From: Macrostomum lignano
Lineage: Eukaryota
Reading direction: 5' to 3'
NCBI GenBank assembly: GCA_002269645.1
Contig: NIVC01000038.1
Span: 868,001 to 932,000 of the forward strand
DNA: 64,000 bases
The translations under genes and the position numbers were made by a program. Each line of letters begins with the position of its first letter. Position 1 is the stretch's first letter. Below the pieces are notes generated by a model that saw nothing but the letters and a program-made list of their open reading frames with translations, had not been told where the DNA came from and made no database searches. Below, in pieces: positions 35,596-47,729 of the stretch.

Positions 35596-35894
35596 GTTTA
35601 GCATGGCGGTTTGAAGGATTATTTCAGTCTATTGGGTAATACGGTGGGGAACAGATGCGGTTTTCGTTTTGGGAATCGTTTTTAAAGGTGAAATTGGCTC
35701 GACTCTGATTCGCTCTCAGACTTGTAGCAAATCTTGCGATTATTTCCACAATTTCGTCAGGCTATAATTTTATATTATAAAACTAATTGGTAACAGTCTT
35801 TGTCCGTTAATTCGATAGTTCACCAGCATGCTGTCAATCCTCTATGCGAGATTAATGTCAGGGACTCAAATATAAACACTTGCGTCACAAGTTT

Positions 35895-36245
35895 GTCCAC
35901 ACACGGAGAAATTTTGTCCGCACACGGAGATATTTTGTCCGCACACGGAGATATTTTGTCCGCACACGGAGATATTTTGTCCGCACACGGAGAAGTTTTG
36001 TCCGCACACGGAGATATTTTGTCCGCACACGTAGAAGTTTTGTCCGCACACGGAGATATTTTGTCCACACACGGAGATATTTTGTCCGCACACGGAGATA
36101 TTTTGTCCGCACACGGAGATATTTTGTCCGCACACGGAGATATTTTGTCCGCACACGGAGATATTTTGTCCGCACACGGAGAAGTTTTGTCCGCACACGG
36201 AGATATTTTGTCCGCACACGGAGATATTTTGTCCGCACACGGAGA
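35895..36245. repeat. 21-bp minisatellite, about 17 copies
   Basis: Unit TTGTCCGCACACGGAGATATT. Confidence 0.95.
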
Positions 36246-37821
36246 AAGTTTGTATACTGACTTAAACCCAGTTTCCTCAGTAAACCGTGTAATGCCGAAA
36301 TTTCTATAAAAATGCTGCTTGCTTTAAAGAAAATAAAAAGATAGTTTCCGTGACTGTTGAATTTGTTTTGTAGCTCAATGAAAGTCTGTGAGAATATTGT
36401 CTGCTTTTGTTTCCTAATTCTTTAAAAACTTCAATTTTTATTACGTGATTGTATTTTTTTCAATTTGTTAAGCACTTCAAGAGCGAACTTTAATTGAAAA
36501 TTTCATTTTGCAATATTCCATTCTGTTTACTGGAAGTAGAGTGTAAGGAAAACGGTACTGTTTTTTATTAGTAGAGACAGGAGGCTGTGTGCGCATTGTC
36601 GCACAGCCGGCGAGAGGCATTACTACGAGCAGAGGCACACACTCACACAGGAGTGTACAGCGGCCCTAACTTTATTTATCGTCAGACATGTGCACTTCAC
36701 TGTGCTTTGGAGTTGGCCCTCAAAGCCGTTAATATCACGAGCAGAGGCAATTAAGCCAAAGTTAATTTGACTGCACTTGGAATCACGCCCCCCCCCCGAA
36801 ATAAAATTGGTACAATAATTTTGCTTTGTCAGCTGAGCATTGATGGTTGAGTCTATTAACATAAAAACATTTTATTGTCGCTAAACCTATTATTTACATC
36901 GCTACTATTTGTGAGTAGCGATCTCCTACTCTTTACGTAGCCATATCAGATCGATACGACACCCAACTCAGGTCACTTCATCCTTGGAGCGACGTATGTC
37001 ATCGAATGCTGTTAGCCTGTACCACAATTCAAACAGGCATGCGGTATGATTTTCTCAACTCTCCTTTTGATACCAATATGATCGCAGTGTTGGACTTTGC
37101 TCTGCCTCTAAAAAAAAAATAATAACTGGTTGCACCTGCCCTAATGGAGGCTGCTGCAAACGACAGCTCAGCCGCAACTGTTGCGCGACGCATCTGAAAG
37201 CTGCGTACGACTTGACTTGCGGGACTGATACAAGAAGCCAGTCCTTCGGGGGCAGCCGTTAAAAATCTTTAGCCTTGACAATTCCCACCATACAGGAAGT
37301 CTTCTCGAAAAGTGGAGCTGCAGAAGGGTTTGCATTTTTCAACAATGCGCTCTGAAACGTGTCTATCAATCTGCTGCGTGTAAACGATGAAAACTACTCG
37401 TAGAGGAGCCTAAACATCTTCAGCAAGTCAAGAAAGACGCTTTTGTAGCACAGGTGCCCTGTCAAGTGTTGACAACGAGATTCTTCTCTCAAGATTCCTG
37501 CTGCCTGGATTGACAGGCCTCCCTTTGTGCTCAAAGTTTTCGAACCGAATCCAACAATCCAGAAGCGAAATACTTTGAGAGGGCTCGGTTTTCAGCACGT
37601 CAATCTGATAAACAGCAACGCTGTTTGCTTACCTTTAGATGAACCGTGAGCGATGGGCTGTTGACCTCGCGACAATGCGCTCGGTAAACTTGTTTTAAGA
37701 TGAGGAGGAATCCGCTGCACTGACAGCAGAAGCTCTAGGACGCTACAGTAATTTACAGCAAAACTTACAGCCATGCAGCATTTGTCGAGTTTTGCAGAGC
37801 AAACCGAAGCCACCCAGCATG

Positions 37822-37878
37822 GATACCTACCTACTTACCTACCTACCTACTTACCTACCTACCTACCTACCTACCTAC
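37822..37878. repeat. (CTAC)n microsatellite
   Basis: Direct reading. Confidence 0.9.
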
Positions 37879-38037
37879 CGACAAACCATGTTTAGTATAT
37901 TGGATTCAAGACAAACTGAAAATAGTTATTTTCGAGCTTGGGCCACTTTACGCGTAGGCTTTTTCCATCAGTGACTCTAAAGCTACCATAATAAGGCAAT
38001 GTCCCCGGATAGTTGATTCTGGAATTCAATAAAAAGT

Positions 38038-38230
38038 TATACTGGAAACAGACACCGCGTCTCTCCTGTTAATAAACTTAATTCACAAAAGTGGCTTCAG
38101 AATGAACTGGACGCCTCCTAATGATCCGCAATGGTCCAGCCCAATGAAGCGCTGAGCCCTGGGAGTTCTCTTCAGGTGCAGGACCCAGGTGCAAGACGCC
38201 GTAAGTTCCAGACCTGTGGCGGGGCTGTCC
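38038..38230 (-). pseudogene. Inverted ~190-bp fragment of the lectin-like gene spanning the core/variable boundary
   Basis: Reverse complement reads ..TGLELTASCTWVLHLKRTPRAQRFIGLDHCGSLGG.. and aligns with copy C 48805-48985. Confidence 0.85.
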
Positions 38231-38384
38231 TCAAATGAACAAGCAAAAAAGTCTGCATTTTGTTTAACATGTCCCTCTTGCTTATTTTATGAACTCATGT
38301 GATCGTTGCTTCAAAGTTAGGGCAACTCAACAGCAATTGTAGCGTCAAGGTAAACAAGCCGTCAAAGTTAGAAACAAGCTGCAA

Positions 38385-38412
38385 GAGCCAATGGGAAACT
38401 AAAACCAATCAG
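38385..38412 (+). promoter_or_regulatory. Tandem CCAAT boxes upstream of copy A, conserved upstream of B and C
   Basis: GAGCCAATG...ACCAATCAG here; GAGCCAATG...GCCAATCAG at about 43815-43842 and 48132-48158; ATTGGCT upstream of the minus-strand copies (31525, 35692, 55741). Function is inferred. Confidence 0.55.
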
Positions 38413-38534
38413 AACACCTAAGCTGATCAGCAGAAAGTTAAAAACTCCGATGTGATCTGATGCTGAGGCTCTCCATACTGGCAGACTTCTCTTCTACTGA
38501 CTGACAGAAGCTTACAATACATGTACGTCACAAA

Positions 38535-39548
38535 ATGTCCAGCCTCCTACATCTCGCTGTTCTGTGCGCCCTGCTCTCGGACTCTGACTGTGTAAACGGA
38601 GACAAAATTACACAGCACAGAGTAGCCAACAATCACTGCCTGAACTTTTCTGTGTCTTCTTGGCAGAAGCCTTCGCCCTCTGCATCAATGCTCGACTGCT
38701 TCGTGTCGAGTCGGTCGTTCCGTCTCGGCAGCGTCGGCGTGGTGCAGCGAAACAAGCGAGACGCCTCGTGCGCGCTGTTCCGCTTCGGTGAGGTGTGCCG
38801 CCTGCTCAACTTGACCAGCTCGTCTACATCGACTGAGGCAGTGGCCACTGAGAGCACCTGCGAGACCGTGGTGGACTCGGAGTACGACGCGATCGCTGCG
38901 AACGAGCACTTCAGCGCTGTGTGGGTCGGAGACAGGGGACCGGCGCTGGAGAACCTGGTGTGCGGCTCCAAGGGACAGAGGAACCCCATGAAGTCGCTCA
39001 ATGTGACCTGGACGAGTGAGGGCGCTCGCATGGACGGAGTCTCGTCTCGGCTGTGGGTGGACGACCCCACAGGTCTGGACTTCACGGCGTCCTACACCTG
39101 GTTGCTGCACCTGAAGAGAACTCCAAGGGTTCAGTGCTTCATTGAGCTTGACAATTCTGGATCAATAGGAAGCTCATTCTTAAGCCACTTTTGGGAATAT
39201 TGCCGTGGTTCATCAGAAACGCGATGTCTGTTTTCCAATATTGGCTACCTAAACTGGCTCCAGACGGGCACTGTGCTGCCCGCCGACCCTGAGCGCTTCT
39301 TCATCGCTGGCTTGAAAACCGATAAGCCGTCTGGTGAACGCCGATTTCTGCTCGGATCCGCGTTCTTGACCGAGCCGCTGTACTCTGGCGGCGGTTCCGC
39401 ATTTAAATATAACAATGCTGGCGCCTGCATCAAGATCGGCTGGCGGTCTCCAGGCCAGTTCATATTGAATGGCGTCATTCGCGCCGTCGCTGTGGCCAAC
39501 TCGGCTGTGACTGAGCAGGCGGTGCGACAGCTGCTTCAGCAGCCCTGA
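38535..39548 (+). CDS. Secreted PAN/apple-like plus LamG/ConA-like protein, copy A, 337 aa, single exon
   Basis: Signal peptide; CLN..DC..SCALF..C..C module; jellyroll signature ARMDGVSSRLWV..LDFTASYTW..LK ... KIGWR..LNGVIRAVAVANSAVTEQAVRQL. Domain calls are by pattern only. Confidence 0.85.
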   Translation: MSSLLHLAVLCALLSDSDCVNGDKITQHRVANNHCLNFSVSSWQKPSPSASMLDCFVSSRSFRLGSVGVVQRNKRDASCALFRFGEVCRLLNLTSSSTSTEAVATESTCETVVDSEYDAIAANEHFSAVWVGDRGPALENLVCGSKGQRNPMKSLNVTWTSEGARMDGVSSRLWVDDPTGLDFTASYTWLLHLKRTPRVQCFIELDNSGSIGSSFLSHFWEYCRGSSETRCLFSNIGYLNWLQTGTVLPADPERFFIAGLKTDKPSGERRFLLGSAFLTEPLYSGGGSAFKYNNAGACIKIGWRSPGQFILNGVIRAVAVANSAVTEQAVRQLLQQP

Positions 39549-40459
39549 AGCTTTGGCTTGGTTGTTGTGAGAAGTTGAAAAATTAATAATTTGTTGCAAC
39601 AATATTTTATTTGAGCTTTTATGTTCTTTACGATTATCTTAACTGTTATCTGTGCTTCTTTATGCGGCTATTTTACCCACTATCGTAAATGTATCTAATC
39701 GCTTTTAATTACGGATAGCGTAACGATTTGTTTTTTTAATTCTCTTTAGTAAGCTCTGTGTTATGTCTCTTGAGAGAGAGCTATTGGTGTAAATCACAAG
39801 GGCCGATGGTGATTTTGGTCATGAGAAGTCTCGTATTTCAGTCGCTTTGTGTTTTGAAGCAATAATAGTTTTGTAGTGGAAGATTTTCATTTTAATAACT
39901 ATTGATTTACATATCATTATCAATGCCTTAGATTTTTTAATAAAGGGCAAAGCTTTATCATTGCTATTGACAGCTCTTGACATGCTGTAAACCCAATTTC
40001 TGCATGCGCTTTAATATGTACGGTACTACGAAGTTGAGTTAAAAGTACTGCTGTAGCCTCGGTCTGAGCGCAGGAGCCAAATCTTTTTTTGTTTTACGTG
40101 GCTCCAGTGCTCGGGCCGGGGGTTTTAGACGCTGGCGGATCTGGTCTGATCTGATCTTTATCTCTATTATTGCCCCTATTTTTCTTTGGCGAGTCTGTAA
40201 TCCTGTCTTAACATGCTCGTATCACAAAGTGCCTTAGCGAACTTAGCTCTTTGCTATAGATAACAGTATGCTCCTATTGTCCTTATCTATTTATTTACTC
40301 TACGGAAGATTTATTGCGTCGTAAAAGAGCTCATGCGCAGAATTACTTTTTCTGTTTATTTTTCTCAATCATTAAAACCATCAACCGTTTCAATTTTGTG
40401 CTCGTAATTTATTTAATGACTTGCTGAACCTTACTTTTTGGTAATGAAGCAAATGGAAC

Positions 40460-40602
40460 CATTGACCAGTGTGAACCAGTGACCAGTGTGAACCAGTGAC
40501 CAGTGTGAACCAGTGACCAGTGTGATCCAGAGACCAGTGTGAACCAGTGACCAGTGTGATCCAGTGACCAGTGTGAACCAGTGACCAGTGTGAACCAGTG
40601 AC
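40460..40602. repeat. 17-bp minisatellite in the flank module of copy A
   Basis: Unit AGTGTGAACCAGTGACC. Confidence 0.9.
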
Positions 40603-41019
40603 TTGCGGCGCAATTAGTGTGACAGTGAGCTCACAGGTTATAGCATTGAAAGGCCAGAAGTGTCAAAAGCTCTGGACATATGACTCTTTTTGCACTGAGC
40701 AGCTGGAAACGATGGAGTTCACGTTCCCCCGTACTACTCTTTAGTAGTCTAGCAGCCACAAGGTATAGGGCGTTCTCATCTCCACACAGTTCATCACACT
40801 CTCGCCGTGAATTGTTTATTATTTAGTAATTCTTGATCTATCAGGCATCTTTTCTGCTTACACCCTCTGCCTATCTTGGCGGAGTCAATAAAATGCAAAG
40901 ATCACTGCTGAAAGATATTCGCTGAAATCAGGAAGCACAGCGACACTTTATTGAAAGTTGCAGAGATGATTTGCTGTAGGCAAGGTGCACTTAGCCGTAG
41001 GTTCCCATTTAAGACTGTA

Positions 41020-41825
41020 GCTTAGGATGTAAACTACTAGAAATATCGAAACCCTGCTAGCTAGGCTCAAGGACTACTCAAGTAACATATATATAGGACG
41101 CTACACTCGAAATCTATGGTAAATGTTTTGAAGGCAACTTTTCGCCGAAAAATACACTACAGAGATAGGAGATTTCAATTTTTAAAGAAAAAAATTGTTA
41201 TTGCTTTTGATAGGAGGCAGATCCAGTGTTTATCTTTTGATCTGTTGTGCCTTTCTTATTGCTCTATCGATATTCATAAAGCTTTTCGTTCAGAAATAGT
41301 TTTACACGTAAAGGCAGGTTTCACCGGAAAAATACACTACGGAAATAGGAAATTTCACGATTTTCAACCCTAAAACAGTGATTGGGTCTCTTAACAGTGT
41401 CAGAGAAAGTCCTAATCGCACTATTTTGTGCCTCACATTCTGCTCTAACGACGCATTAATCGATTTTTCATGTTAAATTGGTCTTGTCATTATTTTAAGT
41501 GACAGACCAATTTAACCGGTAGTGTATTTTTCCGGTGAAACCTGTCTTTAAAACTATTTCTGAACGAAAAGCTTTATGAATATCGATAGAGCAATAAGAA
41601 AGGCACAACATATCAAAAGATGAACATTGGATCTGCCTCCTATCGAAAGCAATAACAATTTTTGTGCTTAAAAATGAAAACTTCCTATCTCTGTAGTGTA
41701 TTTTTCGGCGAAAAGTGGCCTTCAAAACATTTACCATGGATTTCGAGTGTTGCGTCCTTCTACTTAAGTTGTCCTGGGCTAGGCTGTCGGGAGGATGGCG
41801 TTATATTTTTAATTTATCCTAGCAA
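41020..41825. mobile_element. Foldback/MITE-like long inverted repeat
   Basis: Arms 41095-41345 and about 41515-41758 are close reverse complements, with weaker pairing out to about 41020/41825. A fragment recurs at about 46725-46805. Confidence 0.8.
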
Positions 41826-43957
41826 ACTCGAAAAGATACTTTTTTTAGTGTTGAGGGTTTTTACTATTAAATGTCTGTCTGGAAGGTGACAAAATTGTCG
41901 AGAGCATGCACCGGTAGTTGAATAAACTGTAACCAGACATCTTTTCTTGATTATTAAAAGGATTATTCACTCGAAAAATGTCATATGGATCAACTACTTT
42001 CTTTTATTGTTATTCCAAAGCTCTGAGCAAATATATAATTCTTTGTTATGCGTTATGACTAACCATAAGCACAATATAAATTTGTTGGCACGCATTTTTC
42101 TAAGAGCTGTGCATGGCCAGTTATTGACACAGAAATAACTGCTTCTGACATTCTGAGAAGTTGACATTTTGTTTTTCTTCAGCAAATTGTGCTCAAACGA
42201 GATTCTATTGTCTGAGAATGTCTGAAAATTGTGATTAAATCAGACTTCAGTAAGGAAATGGTTTTTTAGTATCGGCTACTAACAGTAGCATGCTAGACTA
42301 CTAAAAGTAATATAACGGAACCTAAACTCCAAGTTATCCAGATGTGAGCAGTGCTGAAGTACACAGTTTGGTGATTTGATCCAAGGCATTTCTCATTTTG
42401 CAGACTTGATATCAGGTAATACCTGAAAAGTCGAAAAATTCCATCAAAGTTTCTTTTTTTTAATTATTCCATAGAAAAATGGTATATGATTTTCGGCGAT
42501 TGCACGTCAGTAAATAGTACCAGTAAATAATGCATTGGATCAAGCATGAGTAGGAGAGTGAAATAGGATAATCCACGAGTCCAATAGGTTTAAGATAAAC
42601 ATACTTTTAGGGGTAAAAGGTCACGGGAGACACAGAAACCTTATGTGATTAATGGCCTGTCAAAAAAATGAGAAAAAATTACTGTAATCATGTGATTTTC
42701 CCAGTGCGCACGGGTCCGAATGCGAGGTTGGTCGGCTGATACCTTAACACATGTGGTTATTTGTGATCCGCAAATTAATAAGTGACACAAAAGGTAAGAA
42801 GAGAATATACATGTAGGAGAGAGGAAAGGATATGAGAAGACATGGCTGGAAAAAGAGAGTGCCATTCCTACTGAAAGTAGCAAGTAAAGTGCAAAGGAGC
42901 GATCTCATGGAGGAAAAAGCTTTAATGACGCTTAAAGTGACGAAATAAAGCCCACTTTCTAGCCTACTCAGAATGCTTGGTTATTTCAGACTACTAGCAA
43001 AAGTAGTGATTAATGAATATTAGGAGAAAATGTACCGAAAACAAATGCAAAATATTTGATGCTTGATTTTGATTTGACTTTGATTTGATTCAACTTTTTA
43101 AAGCTGAATATGCAATTTGATTTAATTTTTGCAAGAGATTTATCACACGTACTACTACGCGATCATATATAAAAATTCCTGATTAAACCTCGGGAAGCTC
43201 CGTCCTTCGCTCCAAAGCTCCGGCTTTGACGATGTACCTATCGGAAGATATCAGTATGGTAGCTGACATCTTAGACAAATCATTTGCAAGTATAGCAGCT
43301 TTGCAAGATGCTGATTTAGGAAGTTGAAAAGTCGCCTGCTTGGTACGTAGCAGCTAGGAGCAAACTCATTCATAGCCGAAAAAGCAGGATTGATTTGAAT
43401 CTCAGCAGGACTTCTTACGATGCAAAAAGCGTTCTCTTTCAAGAAAGTAAAATCCACCAACCCCGAAACTTTTTCTCCATCAAACCCGCAGCTTCGCGGA
43501 AGCCATCCTTTGTTGGCTCGGCAAACTACCGTTGCGAGTGAGAGGAAGCGAGTTTGCCTTGCAAGACAAAGAAGATGGATTTCTAGAATTCGCGAACAGT
43601 CAGGAAACATCACTGCTTCCGCTAAATATGTTGCCTCGTTAGGAGGCTGTGAACATGAAAAAAAGCCTGTATTGTTCAAGCTACAATGCATCTCGCTTGC
43701 TTTTCTTTGACTCGAATGGTGATCGATCGTTGCCTCAAAGTCAGAACTCTGGCAACCCGAAGCAGAAGTTGCAGCATCAAGAAAAACAGGCCGTCAAAGC
43801 TATAGACAGGTTGCTGGAGCCAATGAGCAACAAAGCCAATCAGGACAATTTCACTGATCTGATCAGTGAACTATATCTGTGACAAAACAGATACCCACAC
43901 TTTCAAGACACGTGGCTTTTCTTCTACTGACTCACAGAAGCTTCATCACGCCACAAA

Positions 43958-44971
43958 ATGTCAAGGCTCCTACATCTCGCTGTTCTGTGCGCCCTGCTCT
44001 CGGTCTCTGACTGTGTGAACGGAGACAAAACTACAAAGCACAGAGTAGCCAACAATCACTGCCTGAACTTGGCGCTCTCGGTGTGGCGGCTGCCGCGACC
44101 CTCCGCCTCCCTGCTCGACTGCTTCGTGTCGAGTCGGTCGTTCCGTCTCGGCAGCGTCGGCGTGGTGCAGCGGAACAAGCGAGACGCCTCGTGCGCGCTG
44201 TTCCGCTTCGGTGAGGTGTGCCGCCTGCTCAACTTGACCAGCTCGTCTAAACCAACTGAGGGAGTAGCCGCTGAGAGCACCTGCGAGACCGTGGTGGACT
44301 CGGAGTACGACGCGATCGCTGCGAACGAGCAGTTCAGCGCTGTGTGGGTCGGAGACAGGGGACCGGCGCTGGAGAACCTGGTGTGCGGCTCCCATGGACA
44401 GAGGAACCCCATGAAGTCTAGCGGTGTCTCGTGGACGAACGAAGGCGCTCGCATGGACGGAGTCTCGTCTCGGCTGTGGGTGGACGACATCGAAGGTCTG
44501 GACTTCACGGCGTCCTACACCTGGCTGCTGCACCTGAAGAGAACTCCCAAGAAACAGTGCTTCATCGAGCTGGACAATTGCGGATCAATAGGAAGCTCAT
44601 ACTTAAGCCACTTTTGGGAGTATTGCCATGGTACAGGGGAGACGCGATGTCTGTTTTCCAATATTGGCGACAAAAACTGGCTCCAAACCGGCTCTGCGCT
44701 GCCCGCCGACCCTGAGCGCTTCTTCATCGCTGGCTTGACGAACGATAAGCCGTCGGGTGAACGCCGATTTCTGCTTGGATCCGCTTTCTTGACCGAGCCG
44801 TTGTACTCTGGCGGCGGTTCCGCATTCAAATATAACGACACTGGCACCTGCATCAAGATCGGATGGCGGTACCCAAGCCAGTTCATATTGAATGGCGTCA
44901 TCCGCGCCGTCGCCGTGGCCAACTCAGCTGTGACTGAGCAGGCGGTGCGGCTGCTGCTTCAGCAGCCCTGA
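43958..44971 (+). CDS. Secreted PAN/apple-like plus LamG/ConA-like protein, copy B, 337 aa
   Basis: Colinear with copy A; intact ORF. Confidence 0.85.
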   Translation: MSRLLHLAVLCALLSVSDCVNGDKTTKHRVANNHCLNLALSVWRLPRPSASLLDCFVSSRSFRLGSVGVVQRNKRDASCALFRFGEVCRLLNLTSSSKPTEGVAAESTCETVVDSEYDAIAANEQFSAVWVGDRGPALENLVCGSHGQRNPMKSSGVSWTNEGARMDGVSSRLWVDDIEGLDFTASYTWLLHLKRTPKKQCFIELDNCGSIGSSYLSHFWEYCHGTGETRCLFSNIGDKNWLQTGSALPADPERFFIAGLTNDKPSGERRFLLGSAFLTEPLYSGGGSAFKYNDTGTCIKIGWRYPSQFILNGVIRAVAVANSAVTEQAVRLLLQQP

Positions 44972-46074
44972 AGCTTAATTTTGGTTTTGAGATGTTTAAA
45001 AAAGAATAATTGTAATTTACATCATACGTGAATAATTATCTGAACTGTTTTATGTGTCTTTTTTAATAGTTATTTTACCCAAGATTGAAATTACGCTATA
45101 CTCGTATTTCTTAATAGTTCTTGCTTTAAAGGTAGCTTGAAAACTATTATTTCTTTCTAACTCCATTTCTTTTGCACCATTCAATCTTTTGCTGGAAATT
45201 TTTGTTTTTATACTCGTAAATTATTGTACAACTCATATAGCCTCGGTCTGGTGACAGGAAGCCATTTTTGTTTGTGTGTGGCTTCTGTGTTCGGGCACTC
45301 GCTGGGAGATCTGATCGAGCGCAGCTCCCTGAGTCTCCGACATCTCCTGCCCAAACACTGGCAACCACTATCTTTTTTGTTGCGCAACCGATTTGTTATT
45401 GTTTTCCCTATGTTGTTCTCGATGATTGACCGGTTTTTCTCTTTTTAGATTTTTTGTTCACAGATTGTATCTAACAGACTCCCGGATTTGCGTCGTTGGC
45501 TGTCTGAATGCACCGATCCAGTATAAATCCTCATTTTTCCTCACTTTCCTGGCGTGCGCCACGTGATAATTGTATCTTTAGAAACAGGTCAGTGACGTCA
45601 GAATACCAGAGGCCAATCAGAGAGAGGGAGTCATTGCAATGACCTTTGAGAGAGTCACGTGAATTCGCCTTAACCGTCTACGAAACTGACCATACTGAGG
45701 ACGGTACCTGCATCAGCTTCTTCAAGCCTGCAGCATCTGTTCTCTCTCTCTACCTCTCTCTTTCTCTCTGTCTCTCTGTGGCTGAGTCTATAATCCTGTC
45801 TGTACATGCTTGCTTGCCTCGCATGGGGTCTTAACCCACTTGGCTCTTTGCTAGGAATAAGAGTATGCTCTGATTGTCTTAATTCATTAATTTATTTACT
45901 CTATACAGAAATAAATAAAAGATCAAATGCACCGAATTATTTATTTTCTGTTTATTTTCCTCCGTAATTACCGCCATCAACTGTCTCACCTTTTTACTCG
46001 TAATTTAATTATTATTGACTTGCTAAACCGTTTTGGTGATTAAGCATAGGGATCCTGTTGGAAGATGTTAACCT

Positions 46075-46405
46075 GTGACCATTGTGAACCAGTGACCAGT
46101 GTGAACCAGTGACTAGTGTAAACCAGTGACCAGTGTGAACCAGTGACTAGTGTAAACCAGTGACCAGTGTGAACCAGTGACTAGTGTAAACCAGTGACTA
46201 GTGTGAACCAGTGACCAGTGTGAACCAGTGACCAGTGTGAACCAGTGACCAGTTTGAACCAGTGACTAGTGTAAACCAGTGACCAGTGTGAACCAGTGAC
46301 TAGTGTGAACCAGTGACTAGTGTGAACCAGTGACCAGTGTGAACCAGTGACCAGTGTGAACCAGTGACCAGTGTGAACCAGGGACCAGTGTGAACCAGTG
46401 ACTGG
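46075..46405. repeat. 17-bp minisatellite in the flank module of copy B
   Basis: Unit AGTGTGAACCAGTGACC, about 19 copies. Confidence 0.92.
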
Positions 46406-47526
46406 CGGCGCAATTAGTGTGACAGTGAGCTTGCAGGTTAGCATTGAAAGGCCAGAAGTGTCAAAAGCTCTGGACATATGACTCTTCTTGCACTGAGCAG
46501 CTGGAAACGATGGAGTTCACGTTCCCGCATACTACTCTTAGTACATGTAGTCTAGCCGCCACAAGGTATAGGGTGTGCATTGCGCTTTCTTCTTCACACA
46601 GTTCATGACACTCTCTCGCCGTGAATTGTTTATTATTCACTAATTCTCGACCTACTAGGCATCATTCACATACACCCTCTGCATGTCTGTCTTGTCAGCG
46701 TCAGCGTAAATTGTTATTGATTTTGATAGGAGAAAGACCCAATGTTCATCTTTTGATATGTTGTGCCTTTCTTATTGCTCTATTGATATTCATAAAGCAT
46801 TTGTTTAAAAATTAGGATTCAATGTTCAATTCTTATTCTACGTACATTTGCATGTCTCCTGTGCCTAAAAATCTTTAAAATGGCACAGCTCGGCTCATTG
46901 GTTTTATGAATCCATTTTGTCATTCTTAGCTGACTGTGTAACAATATGTGTAACAGAGATGATAAAATAGATTCACAAAACCAATAAATCGAGCTGTGCC
47001 ATGCACCGGAAATGTACGTAGAATAAAAAATTAGCATAGAATCCTAATTTTCTGAACCAGAAGCATATATCTTTTGCGATTATATATAGCAAAAGTAGTG
47101 ATCAATAAATAGTAGAAAAAAATGTTAATCAGCAATTAATGGAAGTCAATTGAAATTGACAAATTGCTGATAAAACCTCTGGGAACTCCGTCTTCTGTAG
47201 GGTTTTGAGGATGTACGTACATGTATCAGAAGATATCAGGATCGTAGCTGACCTCCTAGACCAATTTATTGGCAAGTATAGCAGCTTAGCAAGATGCTGA
47301 TTTAGGAAGCTGAAAAGTCGCCTGACTACTAGGAGCTAGGAGCTATTTATAGCCAAATAAGCAGGAATGAGTTGCATATCAGCATGACTTCTTTTGACTC
47401 AAAAAGTGGTTTCTTTCAAAAAGGTAATATAATACTAATGATAATTGATTACACCTGCCTGAGCAGATGTGCAACCGACAGCTCAGCCGCAGCTATTGCG
47501 CGGCGCATCTGAAGGCTGCGTACGGC

Positions 47527-47729
47527 TGTTCAGTCCATGGACTGGGGGGTCGCCACACACACCCTCAATTACCCCAGCTAATGCTTGTACACATTCTACA
47601 GCTGGATAAACTGAAGCAATGCAGAGTTGAGTGTCTTGCTCAAGGACACAAATTTTTCCGAGTGAGTCAAGAATCGATCCCCCGACCTTCAAGTCGTGAA
47701 TCCGACGCTCTGACCACTAGGCTATAACC
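47527..47729 (-). mobile_element. tRNA-derived CORE-type SINE
   Basis: Element strand has box A TAGCCTAGTGGTC, box B-like GGATCGATTC, and CORE-like GTGTCCTTGAGCAAGACACTCAACTCTGCATTGCTTCAGTTTATCCAGCTGTA. Confidence 0.8.

Noticed and set aside
35800-36309. LSAHGDI-repeat protein
   Set aside because: Translation of a 21-bp minisatellite that is open in several frames.
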